This document shows positions 24,881 to 32,000 of a stretch of DNA of 32,000 nt, in pieces (the first letter of the stretch is position 1; each line of letters starts with the position of its first letter). The notes below the pieces were generated by a model, which did not search any database, was not told the DNA's origin, and saw nothing but the letters and a program-made list of their open reading frames with translations. Source of the DNA: Parasynechococcus marenigrum WH 8102 (GTDB taxonomy: Bacteria; Cyanobacteriota; Cyanobacteriia; PCC-6307; Cyanobiaceae); contig NC_005070.1 in NCBI RefSeq assembly GCF_000195975.1, forward strand, positions 1,800,001 through 1,832,000, given 5' to 3'. Made by a program: the position numbers and the translations under genes.

Positions 24881-24939
24881 TCCGATTCAGTTGATCTGAA
24901 TCGCTTGTTCTATTCCCGAGGGAACAGGTTGATTCCAGA

Positions 24940-26019
24940 TCAACCGATGGCAGGAACCTGCAGAGCCACAGGAGTGGACTCAGCAGCAGCCAGGTCGAGG
25001 GGGAAGTTGTGAGCGTTGCGCTCGTGCATCACTTCCATGCCGAGGCCGGCACGGTTCAACACGTCGGCCCAGGTGTTCAGGACGCGGCCCTGACCATCAA
25101 GGATGGACTGGTTGAAGTTGAAGCCGTTCAGGTTGAAGGCCATGGTTGACACGCCCAGGGCGGTGAACCAGATACCGACAACAGGCCAGGCAGCCAGGAA
25201 GAAGTGGAGGCTACGGCTGTTGTTGAAGGAGGCGTATTGGAAGATCAGGCGACCGAAGTAACCGTGGGCAGCCACGATGTTGTAGGTCTCTTCCTCTTGG
25301 CCAAACTTGTAGCCGTAGTTCTGGGACTCGGTCTCGGTGGTTTCACGCACCAGGGAGGAGGTCACCAGGGAGCCGTGCATGGCGGAGAACAAGGAGCCAC
25401 CGAACACACCTGCAACACCCAGCATGTGGAAGGGGTGCATCAGGATGTTGTGCTCAGCCTGGAACACCAGCATGTAGTTGAACGTGCCGGAGATGCCCAG
25501 GGGCATGGCGTCAGAGAAGGAGCCCTGACCGAAGGGGTAGACCAGGAAGACTGCAGAGGCAGCAGCGACAGGTGCGCTGTAGGCGACGCAGATCCAGGGG
25601 CGCATGCCCAGGCGGTAGGAGAGTTCCCACTCACGACCCATGTAGGCGTAGATGCCGATCAGGAAGTGGAAGACGACGAGCTGGAAAGGACCGCCGTTGT
25701 ACAGCCACTCATCGAGAGAAGCGGCTTCCCAGATGGGATAGAAGTGCAGGCCGATGGCGTTGCTGGAAGGAACAACAGCACCGGAGATGATGTTGTTGCC
25801 GTAGATCAGGGAGCCAGCGACAGGCTCGCGGATGCCATCGATGTCAACCGGAGGAGCGGCGACGAAAGCGATGACGAAGCAGATGGTGGCAGCCAGCAGG
25901 GTGGGGATCATCAGCACACCGAACCAACCGACATAAAGACGGTTGTTGGTGGAGGTGACCCACTCGCAGAAGGCCTGCCAGCTGGAAGCGCCGGAGCGCT
26001 GCTGGAGGGTGGTGGTCAT
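24940..26019 (-). CDS. psbA: Photosystem II reaction centre protein D1, E130 (D1:2-type) isoform
   Basis: 359 aa and unmistakable D1: '[19 protein letters not shown]', '[34 protein letters not shown]', '[13 protein letters not shown]'. Residue 130, counted by hand in 'YMGRE(130)WELS', is Glu. Confidence 0.98.
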   Translation of the reverse strand: MTTTLQQRSGASSWQAFCEWVTSTNNRLYVGWFGVLMIPTLLAATICFVIAFVAAPPVDIDGIREPVAGSLIYGNNIISGAVVPSSNAIGLHFYPIWEAASLDEWLYNGGPFQLVVFHFLIGIYAYMGREWELSYRLGMRPWICVAYSAPVAAASAVFLVYPFGQGSFSDAMPLGISGTFNYMLVFQAEHNILMHPFHMLGVAGVFGGSLFSAMHGSLVTSSLVRETTETESQNYGYKFGQEEETYNIVAAHGYFGRLIFQYASFNNSRSLHFFLAAWPVVGIWFTALGVSTMAFNLNGFNFNQSILDGQGRVLNTWADVLNRAGLGMEVMHERNAHNFPLDLAAAESTPVALQVPAIG

Positions 26020-26382
26020 GAGAACGGAAAGGAGTGTTCCCGAAGGAACGGTTTAAGGAAGGGCAGGTGTGCCCTGCCTCACGCCAATGTAACGGAAGGT
26101 TGAGAGGTGTGTTCGGTTATTGCGCCAAGCAACTTGGACAGCCCTGTCAGGGACTGGCCAGCTCACAAAGATTTAAGGTTCTGGTGTTAGCCGGAGTGCG
26201 CTTTGGTCCTGATTCGTTGGCACCACGCCGGACGTCGTTTAGAGGAAACGGTTCCTCTCGAGCATGCCCGTCACCGGCGCACCGAATTGGAGGCTCAGGG
26301 AGCCACGGTTTATTGGAGCGAGCGACTGGTCCCGACCGGGCTCAGCTGAGACGCTGAAACAAAGCAAACGCCTGTGCGTCAG

Positions 26383-26715
26383 ATGAAACCCCGTCAGCTC
26401 GCAATGCCATTCATGGCATTTGCTTGCCTGTGCCTCAGCAGTTGCGGCACACGTTCGTCGTCCACCGGCGGCGACCAAACCAGCCAAGCGGCCCTTGAGC
26501 GCCTTGAACTGCGGGTCAATCAACTAGAGCGAAAACTGAGCTCCGATAGCCCTGGCAAGGCAGAGCTCGATCAGAAAGTCCCTGCCGGACCGCTTCAGTC
26601 CCTCACCCTTCGCCTGGGGACGGACGACGATCGTCTGCGGCTGTATTGGGCCGATGGTCAGTCGAGTGATCTGCTCTGCAGTGAGGAAGGCAAAGGTGTC
26701 TGGGCCTGTGGTTAA
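26383..26715 (+). CDS. Hypothetical lipoprotein
   Basis: MKPRQLAMPFMAFACLCLSSC has a signal peptide with lipobox L-S-S-C. It is followed by a coiled segment 'ALERLELRVNQLERKL'. An in-frame GTG at 26374 is an alternative start. Confidence 0.6.
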   Translation: MKPRQLAMPFMAFACLCLSSCGTRSSSTGGDQTSQAALERLELRVNQLERKLSSDSPGKAELDQKVPAGPLQSLTLRLGTDDDRLRLYWADGQSSDLLCSEEGKGVWACG

Positions 26716-26761
26716 GCCACCCCGAACCGATCAGAGTGGATCAACGCCATTCGCCGCGCCG

Positions 26762-26977
26762 ATGCGTCTGATCAGCCTTCTGCTCGCAGCAATGAGCCTG
26801 GCCGCTCCCACGGCCCAGGCCCAGACGCCATACACCCACGCCCAGACCAAAGCAGCCAACCTGGCCAGGATGCGGGCCGAAAAGCTCAATGGTGGTCTGC
26901 GTCTGTACCGCGCCGACCGCTGCATGTACGTCACCCGCGGTGTGGACTACCTCGTCTCTGCCGACGAGAACGGCTAG
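26762..26977 (+). CDS. Small secreted protein, apparently truncated by an in-frame TAG
   Basis: Signal peptide MRLISLLLAAMSLAAPTAQA|QTP. The 71-aa product ends at TAG 26975-26977. The same frame stays open and protein-like for 44 more codons, to TGA at 27110-27112. Confidence 0.5.
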   Translation: MRLISLLLAAMSLAAPTAQAQTPYTHAQTKAANLARMRAEKLNGGLRLYRADRCMYVTRGVDYLVSADENG

Positions 26978-27115
26978 AGGTTCAGCTTCAAAGGAGGGGC
27001 ACCGGGATGGCAACAGCAAAGTCCCCCTGACCCAACCGTCGAAACCGAAGTGCTGATCTCTATCGATGGCGATGAAATTCTCGATGTTCCCTACAACGGG
27101 CCACTTCGCTGAGGC

Positions 27116-28027
27116 TCAGCCCATCAGCTGCTCCAAAGCTTGCCCCCAACTCGGATCGATGGGCCAGACCTCCCGGCGGGTCAATGAAAAAGCGATCCTC
27201 TTTTCGGCATAGGCCGCCTCATTGATGAACAGAGGCCAGGTCTCTCCTTCATCCGCCTGAAGCGGCACCGTGCCTCCGCGAGGCAGTTCAAACATGGCCG
27301 CTCCATCCATCAGCGGCCGCCAATCCTGTCCCTGCAGCTGTGGATGAACCATGGCAGCTGCACAATCACGTTGATCACGCGGCAAATCAACACTGCCGAG
27401 GTGACGATGCACCACCAGGTTGTGGGGGTCCCGGCCCGTACCCGCACGCGCCGCGGCCAATTCCTGACAACACGTCTCGAGAGCGATCCGGGTTTGGCGC
27501 ACCACCAGTGCATCCAGGACCCCCTGAGGCACGGGCCCCACTTCGATCACCAGCCCGCAGGGCCACTGCTCCACCAGAAACCCTGTCTGAGCGGCATCGG
27601 CCTCATGCAGGTAGATCGGCAGTCCAAGAGCCCCTTGCACCCGTGCAGCCAGTGCCAGATCGGCGGGGCGACGGCCGTACACGACCAGGCAGCTGCCCAT
27701 GGCTGCTGTGGTGCTGTGCAGGTCCAGGGCCACCCGGCAGGGGGTCGCGCCGTCGGGGCCGTGCCAAGCGAGGAGCTGCCGGGCGCGCTGCAATTCCTGC
27801 TCCTGCCCCCCCTGATTCAACAGATCCGCGGTGAAGCAGCGGTTGAGATCTCGGTCGACGTAGCGACGGTTGGCTGTGCGGGCCTCGGGATTGCCGATCT
27901 CCAGAGCCAGAGAGAGCCCCGCGGCATCCAGCAAATCGTGCTGATCACGCCACTGGTCCACCAGCCAGGCCCCATTGATTTCGTTGCCATGGGTGCCACC
28001 CACCACCAGCACATCGCAGCGGGTCAT
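27116..28027 (-). CDS. Succinylglutamate desuccinylase/aspartoacylase (AstE/AspA) family zinc hydrolase
   Basis: The N-terminus '[16 protein letters not shown]' carries the HxxE zinc ligands, followed by '[13 protein letters not shown]' and '[12 protein letters not shown]'. Start at ATG 28027. The track extension to 28240 overlaps the divergent GST gene. Confidence 0.85.
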   Translation of the reverse strand: MTRCDVLVVGGTHGNEINGAWLVDQWRDQHDLLDAAGLSLALEIGNPEARTANRRYVDRDLNRCFTADLLNQGGQEQELQRARQLLAWHGPDGATPCRVALDLHSTTAAMGSCLVVYGRRPADLALAARVQGALGLPIYLHEADAAQTGFLVEQWPCGLVIEVGPVPQGVLDALVVRQTRIALETCCQELAAARAGTGRDPHNLVVHRHLGSVDLPRDQRDCAAAMVHPQLQGQDWRPLMDGAAMFELPRGGTVPLQADEGETWPLFINEAAYAEKRIAFSLTRREVWPIDPSWGQALEQLMG

Positions 28028-28095
28028 CACAAGCTTCTGAATCCCCTGACTGAAGCATGGGAAACGGCAAGACTGAAGCCAACAGCAACTGAGCC

Positions 28096-29067
28096 ATGGC
28101 CATCCCCCCGGCTCTAGTAATAGCCGCCCGGCAGGGCTGGCAATGGCAATGGCAGCGATTGATGGGAGGCCTGGGGCCGGCTGATGCGGAGGGGAACTAC
28201 CAGCGACCCAGCAGCGATCACCTGAGCGCCAGCGTTCCATCCTTTGTTCTCGCGACGCTGCCGGAGCAGCGACGCCCCCTGTTGATCCTCGGAAGAAGCT
28301 GTCCGTGGGCCCACCGCACCTGGCTGGTGCATCAATTGCGGCGACTCGGCAGCAGCATTACACCGCTGATCGCCAGGGCCGACCACCGCGCCGGACGATG
28401 GCAATTGGATCCCCCCTGGCAGGGGTGCCACACCTTGCTGGAGCTGTACCGGCGCTGTGGTGCTCCCCCCTCGTACCGGGCCACCGTGCCGGTGCTGGTG
28501 GATCCCAGCGGGCCTCGGATCCTCGGCAACGAAAGCGCTCAATTGGTGGAGCTGTTCAACGAATGGCCAGCACCCGATGGGGCACCGGATCTGGCAGCTG
28601 CGCATCAACGAGGGGAGATCGACCGTTGGCAATCGCTGCTGCAACCAGCCGTCAACGACGGGGTCTACCGCTGTGGATTCGCCCGCACACAGGGGGCCTA
28701 CGACCGCGCCGAAACAGACCTCTTTAACGCCCTCCAGCAAGTGGAGCAGGCTCTTCAAGATGGTCGCTCCTGGCTTTGCGGCGATGAGCTCAGCCTGGCG
28801 GATGTTCGCCTGTTCCCCACCTTGATCCGCTGGGAGGTGGTTTACGCCCCTCTGTTCGGCTGCAGCCGCCGACCACTTTGGCAATTCCCCAATCTCTGGC
28901 TTTGGCGGCAGCGCTTGCACGCGCTTCCTGGTGTGGACGACACCTGTGATGCCAAAGCATGGCGCCAGGACTATTTCGGGGCCTTGTTTCCGCTGAATCC
29001 CGGCGGAATTATTCCGGCCGGACCTGACCTGAGCACACTGGTGCATGCCGGCATTCCCAGGCCATGA
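28096..29067 (+). CDS. Xi-class glutathione S-transferase (glutathionyl-hydroquinone reductase, YqjG/ECM4-like)
   Basis: The catalytic motif 'CPWAHRTW' is diagnostic of Xi-class GSTs. Also present are 'VPVLVD...ILGNESAQL' and a C-terminal GST helix bundle '[19 protein letters not shown]'. Confidence 0.85.
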   Translation: MAIPPALVIAARQGWQWQWQRLMGGLGPADAEGNYQRPSSDHLSASVPSFVLATLPEQRRPLLILGRSCPWAHRTWLVHQLRRLGSSITPLIARADHRAGRWQLDPPWQGCHTLLELYRRCGAPPSYRATVPVLVDPSGPRILGNESAQLVELFNEWPAPDGAPDLAAAHQRGEIDRWQSLLQPAVNDGVYRCGFARTQGAYDRAETDLFNALQQVEQALQDGRSWLCGDELSLADVRLFPTLIRWEVVYAPLFGCSRRPLWQFPNLWLWRQRLHALPGVDDTCDAKAWRQDYFGALFPLNPGGIIPAGPDLSTLVHAGIPRP

Positions 29068-29702
29068 CCACGGCTGATCCACAATTTGAGGGGGTCTACG
29101 GCCCATACACAATCACCGAAGTCGACCGCAATGAGGTGCAGCGCTATCGCCTGGCGCTGCTGAGCACAGGTCTGGCGCTGCTGGCGGGGATCCTGCACTG
29201 CTGGCTGCTAGGTGCCCGCTGGGCATGGGTCTGGATCCTGCCCATCGGCACCGGTCTCGGGCTGGCCCTGCTCTGGATTCACATTTACCTCCGCCCCCTG
29301 CACCGAGCGCTTCAGCTGTTCTGGCTGACGGGCTGCCTGGGCTGGGGCACGCTGCTGATCAGCGCCGGTCCGCCCCATGCCCTGCTCACCCTGGCGGATC
29401 AACGGCTCTGGATCCTGGCGATCGGGCCCCTGTTCGCCGCCCTGGCGGGCATCGGATTCAAGGAGTTTTTCTGCTTTCAGCGCCTGGAAGCAATCGGCCT
29501 CACCCTGTTGCTGCCTGTGGCTCTGCTGGGCCAACTGGTCGGCCTGATCAACCCTCACGTCTGCCTGGCGCTGATGGCGGTGGCTGCTGCTCTGCTGGTG
29601 GTTATCGCCCTGCGCAAGTTCGGGATGGACGCCGCCGCTGATGTCGGCGACAAGAGCGTGTTTGCTTATCTGGACGGTCAACTGTCCGCGCGCACCTCGT
29701 GA
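29064..29702 (+). CDS. Integral membrane protein (cyanobacterial DUF2301-like, tentative)
   Basis: ATGA overlap with the GST stop. It has 5-6 predicted TM helices after a soluble N-terminus, 'YGPYTITEVDRNEVQRYRLAL'. Confidence 0.75.
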   Translation: MTTADPQFEGVYGPYTITEVDRNEVQRYRLALLSTGLALLAGILHCWLLGARWAWVWILPIGTGLGLALLWIHIYLRPLHRALQLFWLTGCLGWGTLLISAGPPHALLTLADQRLWILAIGPLFAALAGIGFKEFFCFQRLEAIGLTLLLPVALLGQLVGLINPHVCLALMAVAAALLVVIALRKFGMDAAADVGDKSVFAYLDGQLSARTS

Positions 29703-31603
29703 GTCTGATCAGCCTTGTGGGTGCCGCCAAGGACTTCGGCATCCGCACCCTGTTCACCGATCTTGAGCTGCACATCGGGGAAGGTGAACGGCTGGGGCTG
29801 ATCGGCCCGAACGGTGCCGGTAAGTCCACCCTGCTGAAGGTGCTGGCGGGTGTCGAACCACTCGGAGCGGGGGAACGGCGCTGTTCCCCCAGGTTGCGGG
29901 TGGAGCTGGTGGGTCAGGAGAGTCGTGTCACCCCTGGCCTGACCGTGCTGGAGCAGGTTCTCGAGGGCTGTGGTGCTAAGCGCGACCTGTTGCTGCGCTT
30001 CAGCGCCCTCAGCGAGGCAGTGGCAGCAGCCCCAGAGAACGAAGCGCTGTTGTCCGAACTGGGCCAACTGAGCCAGCGCATGGACGATGAAGAGGCCTGG
30101 AGCCTCGAGCAGCAATGCCAGGAAGTGCTGCAGAAGCTCGGCATCAGCGATCTCCAGCGTCCCGTAGCGGACCTCTCGGGGGGCTACCGGAAGCGGGTTG
30201 GCTTGGCCTCCGCCCTGGTGGCCTGCCCGGATGTGCTGCTGCTGGATGAGCCCACCAACCATCTGGATGCTGCCGCCGTGGAGTGGTTGCAGAGCTGGTT
30301 GGACCGCTACCCAGGGGCCCTGGTGCTGGTGACCCATGACCGCTACGTGCTGGATCGGGTGACCAGCCGCATGGTGGAGGTGGACCGAGGACGGGCCCGC
30401 ACGTACCAGGGCAACTACAGCACCTTCCTGCAGCACAAGGCGGACGAGGAGGCCTCGGAAGCGTCCTCCGCCGCCAAATTCCGTGGTGTTCTGCGGCGGG
30501 AGCTGGCCTGGCTTCGGCAGGGGCCCAAAGCCCGCAGCACCAAACAGAAAGCCCGCTTGCAGCGCATCGAGGCCATGCGCGAAGCACCCGTCCAGCAGGG
30601 GCGCAAAACCCTGGAAATGGCCAGTGTCAGCCGCCGCATCGGCAAACTGGTGATCGAGGCCGAAGCCGTGGGAGTTACCGCCGATGGCCGGCCCGATGGC
30701 AGGCCGCTCCTCAGAGACTTCAGCTACAGCTTCAGCCCGGAGGATCGCATCGGCATCATCGGGCCGAACGGCAGCGGTAAGTCGACCCTGCTGGATCTGA
30801 TCGCCGGTCGGCGTCAGACCACGTCCGGCGCGCTGCGGCTGGGGGAGACCGTCCACATCGGCTACCTCGACCAGCACACCGAGGCTTTCACCGAGGGGAA
30901 GGGGCTGCAGCGCAAGGTGATCGAATTCGTTGAAGAAGCCGCCAGCCGCATCGAAGTCGGCGGAGAGCAGGTCACCGCCTCTCAATTGCTGGAACGGTTC
31001 CTCTTCCCCCCGGCCCAGCAGCACAGCCCCCTGGCCAAGCTGTCCGGCGGCGAGCGTCGGCGTCTGACCCTGTGCCGGATGCTGATCCAGGCCCCGAACG
31101 TGCTGCTGCTGGATGAACCAACCAACGATCTCGACGTCCGCACCCTGAGCGTTCTGGAGGACTTTCTTGAAGACTTCCGGGGCTGCGTGATCGTCGTGTC
31201 CCACGACCGGTACTTTCTCGATCGCACTGTGGATCGCCTGTTCTGGTTCGATCAGGGACGTCTGCAGCGGTTCGAGGGGAACTACAGCGGCTTTCTCGAG
31301 CAGCAGCGGCAGCAGGAACGGCAACGCACCTCAGCGCCGGTGCCGACGATCAAACAAGACAGCCGCCAAGCCGATGCCAAACCATCGACGGGCCCTCGGC
31401 GGCGCAGTTTCAAGGAAACCAAGGAACTGCAACAACTCGACCAGCGCCTGCCGCAACTGGAGGAACGCAAGACGGCCCTCGAGGAGAAACTGGCCGCTCA
31501 TGGAACGGATCTCTCGCAGCTCAGCCTCGAATTAGCGGAGCTGATCGCCACCATTGAGGCCGCCGAAGAGCGCTGGCTGGAACTCAGCGAGCTTCAGGCC
31601 TGA
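29699..31603 (+). CDS. ABC-F family ATPase (Uup/EttA-like, no TM domain)
   Basis: The GTG start overlaps the upstream stop (GTGA). There are two ABC cassettes. The first has 'GPNGAGKST', 'LSGGYRKRVGLA' and 'LLLDEPTNHLD'. The second has 'GPNGSGKST', 'LSGGERRRLTL' and 'LLLDEPTNDLD'. A C-terminal coiled coil follows. Confidence 0.9.
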   Translation: MSLISLVGAAKDFGIRTLFTDLELHIGEGERLGLIGPNGAGKSTLLKVLAGVEPLGAGERRCSPRLRVELVGQESRVTPGLTVLEQVLEGCGAKRDLLLRFSALSEAVAAAPENEALLSELGQLSQRMDDEEAWSLEQQCQEVLQKLGISDLQRPVADLSGGYRKRVGLASALVACPDVLLLDEPTNHLDAAAVEWLQSWLDRYPGALVLVTHDRYVLDRVTSRMVEVDRGRARTYQGNYSTFLQHKADEEASEASSAAKFRGVLRRELAWLRQGPKARSTKQKARLQRIEAMREAPVQQGRKTLEMASVSRRIGKLVIEAEAVGVTADGRPDGRPLLRDFSYSFSPEDRIGIIGPNGSGKSTLLDLIAGRRQTTSGALRLGETVHIGYLDQHTEAFTEGKGLQRKVIEFVEEAASRIEVGGEQVTASQLLERFLFPPAQQHSPLAKLSGGERRRLTLCRMLIQAPNVLLLDEPTNDLDVRTLSVLEDFLEDFRGCVIVVSHDRYFLDRTVDRLFWFDQGRLQRFEGNYSGFLEQQRQQERQRTSAPVPTIKQDSRQADAKPSTGPRRRSFKETKELQQLDQRLPQLEERKTALEEKLAAHGTDLSQLSLELAELIATIEAAEERWLELSELQA

Positions 31604-31686
31604 TGTCAGCGAACGATTGAAAAGGGTGTCTCGGGAGCAGGAACGAAGCATCGGCCGTAAGGTGGCCACGGCAGAAAAGTGTTCCC

Positions 31687-31905
31687 ATGAAATCGATCGA
31701 CGAGCACATTCAGAAGGACAAGACCGACATCGAAGCAGCCAAGGCTGCTGGTGATGAGGCCAAAGTGCGCCACCTCGAGGGGGAACTGCACTCCCTTGAG
31801 GAGTACAAAGAGCACAACCCCGAGGACAAGCACGATCCCACGCCCTTGGAGTTGTACTGCGACGCCAACCCAGAAGCTGACGAGTGCCGCGTCTACGACG
31901 ACTGA
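31687..31905 (+). CDS. cp12: CP12-like protein (C-terminal Cys pair only)
   Basis: The C-terminus 'YCDANPEADECRVYDD' matches the CP12 GAPDH-binding loop (CxxxPxxxxC followed by YxD). It is about 72 aa, acidic and disorder-prone. There is no N-terminal Cys pair. Confidence 0.8.
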   Translation: MKSIDEHIQKDKTDIEAAKAAGDEAKVRHLEGELHSLEEYKEHNPEDKHDPTPLELYCDANPEADECRVYDD

Positions 31906-31908
31906 ACC

Positions 31909-32000
31909 TCAGTATTCGTCGTTGTAATCAGAGGGGCTGCCGGTGAGGCTGCACACCACAGCCTCCTGATCTTTCATGGCGCGGACCTGGGCGATCGGAC
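31909..32000 (-). CDS. 3' end of an unidentified CDS running off the right edge
   Basis: The minus-strand frame reads ...PIAQVRAMKDQEAVVCSLTGSPSDYNDEY and ends at TGA (31909-31911). It is GC3-rich. No family recognised from 29 residues. Confidence 0.4.
   Translation of the reverse strand, partial: PIAQVRAMKDQEAVVCSLTGSPSDYNDEY

Noticed and set aside
25204-26103. 299-aa plus-strand ORF overlapping psbA
   Set aside because: It is antisense to a perfectly conserved D1 protein. The translation is Gly/Asp/Val/Glu-rich junk.
27344-29112. 257-aa plus ORF antisense to the AstE-family gene and 332-aa minus ORF antisense to the GST gene
   Set aside because: The real strands are fixed by the 'GGTHGNE' zinc motif (minus) and the 'CPWAHR' Xi-GST motif (plus). 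The mirror ORFs are low-complexity.
29678-31324. 548-aa minus-strand ORF, the longest antisense ORF in the window
   Set aside because: It lies entirely antisense to the ABC-F gene, whose two Walker A, signature and Walker B sets are unambiguous on the plus strand. The sequence is a Gly/Ala/Gln/Leu-rich low-complexity string with no motifs, as expected for a stop-free antisense frame in GC-rich DNA.
1-32000. CRISPR arrays, rRNA genes, IS elements or transposases, long tandem repeats
   Set aside because: No regularly spaced direct repeats, no rRNA-like conserved blocks, no transposase-like ORFs and no terminal inverted repeats were seen anywhere in the window.

Overview
This is a GC-rich bacterial chromosome segment, roughly 55-60% GC by eye. 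Its gene content points to a marine picocyanobacterium of the Synechococcus type: psbA, CP12, a Ycf46-like AAA ATPase, and glycine-betaine methyltransferases. From memory, the order sdmt-gsmt-proVWX-cupin-psbA resembles Synechococcus sp. WH8102, but I cannot verify that here.

The left half (1-13.5 kb) is core housekeeping:
- aroH
- the conserved rpmH-rnpA-PH domain-yidC-yceD-AAA ATPase string, largely joined by ATGA stop/start overlaps
- serS, rseP, rpsN, pnp, a CysQ-like phosphatase and rsmI

A tRNA-Arg(UCU) at 13567-13640 marks a change of character, and a 3.7 kb islet follows it. The islet holds orphan small ORFs, including an 8-nt-overlapping two-gene cassette and a putative secreted 4-Cys peptide. 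It also has an AT-rich trough and ends with a serralysin-like RTX metalloprotease.

Downstream of the islet come:
- an SPFH/prohibitin gene
- a DUF389-type membrane protein gene broken by two single-base frameshifts
- the glycine betaine synthesis pair (sdmt, gsmt), divergent from a proVWX betaine ABC importer
- a DUF985 cupin and psbA (E130, D1:2-type)
- a lipoprotein and a small secreted-protein gene interrupted by an in-frame TAG
- an aspartoacylase/AstE-family gene
- a Xi-class GST translationally coupled to a membrane protein and an ABC-F ATPase
- a CP12-like gene

I saw no CRISPR array, rRNA, transposase or integrase. All family calls rest on motifs recognised by eye. Start codons are the least certain coordinates. 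No known defence or mobile system is evident, and the most unexplained material is the tRNA-adjacent islet.
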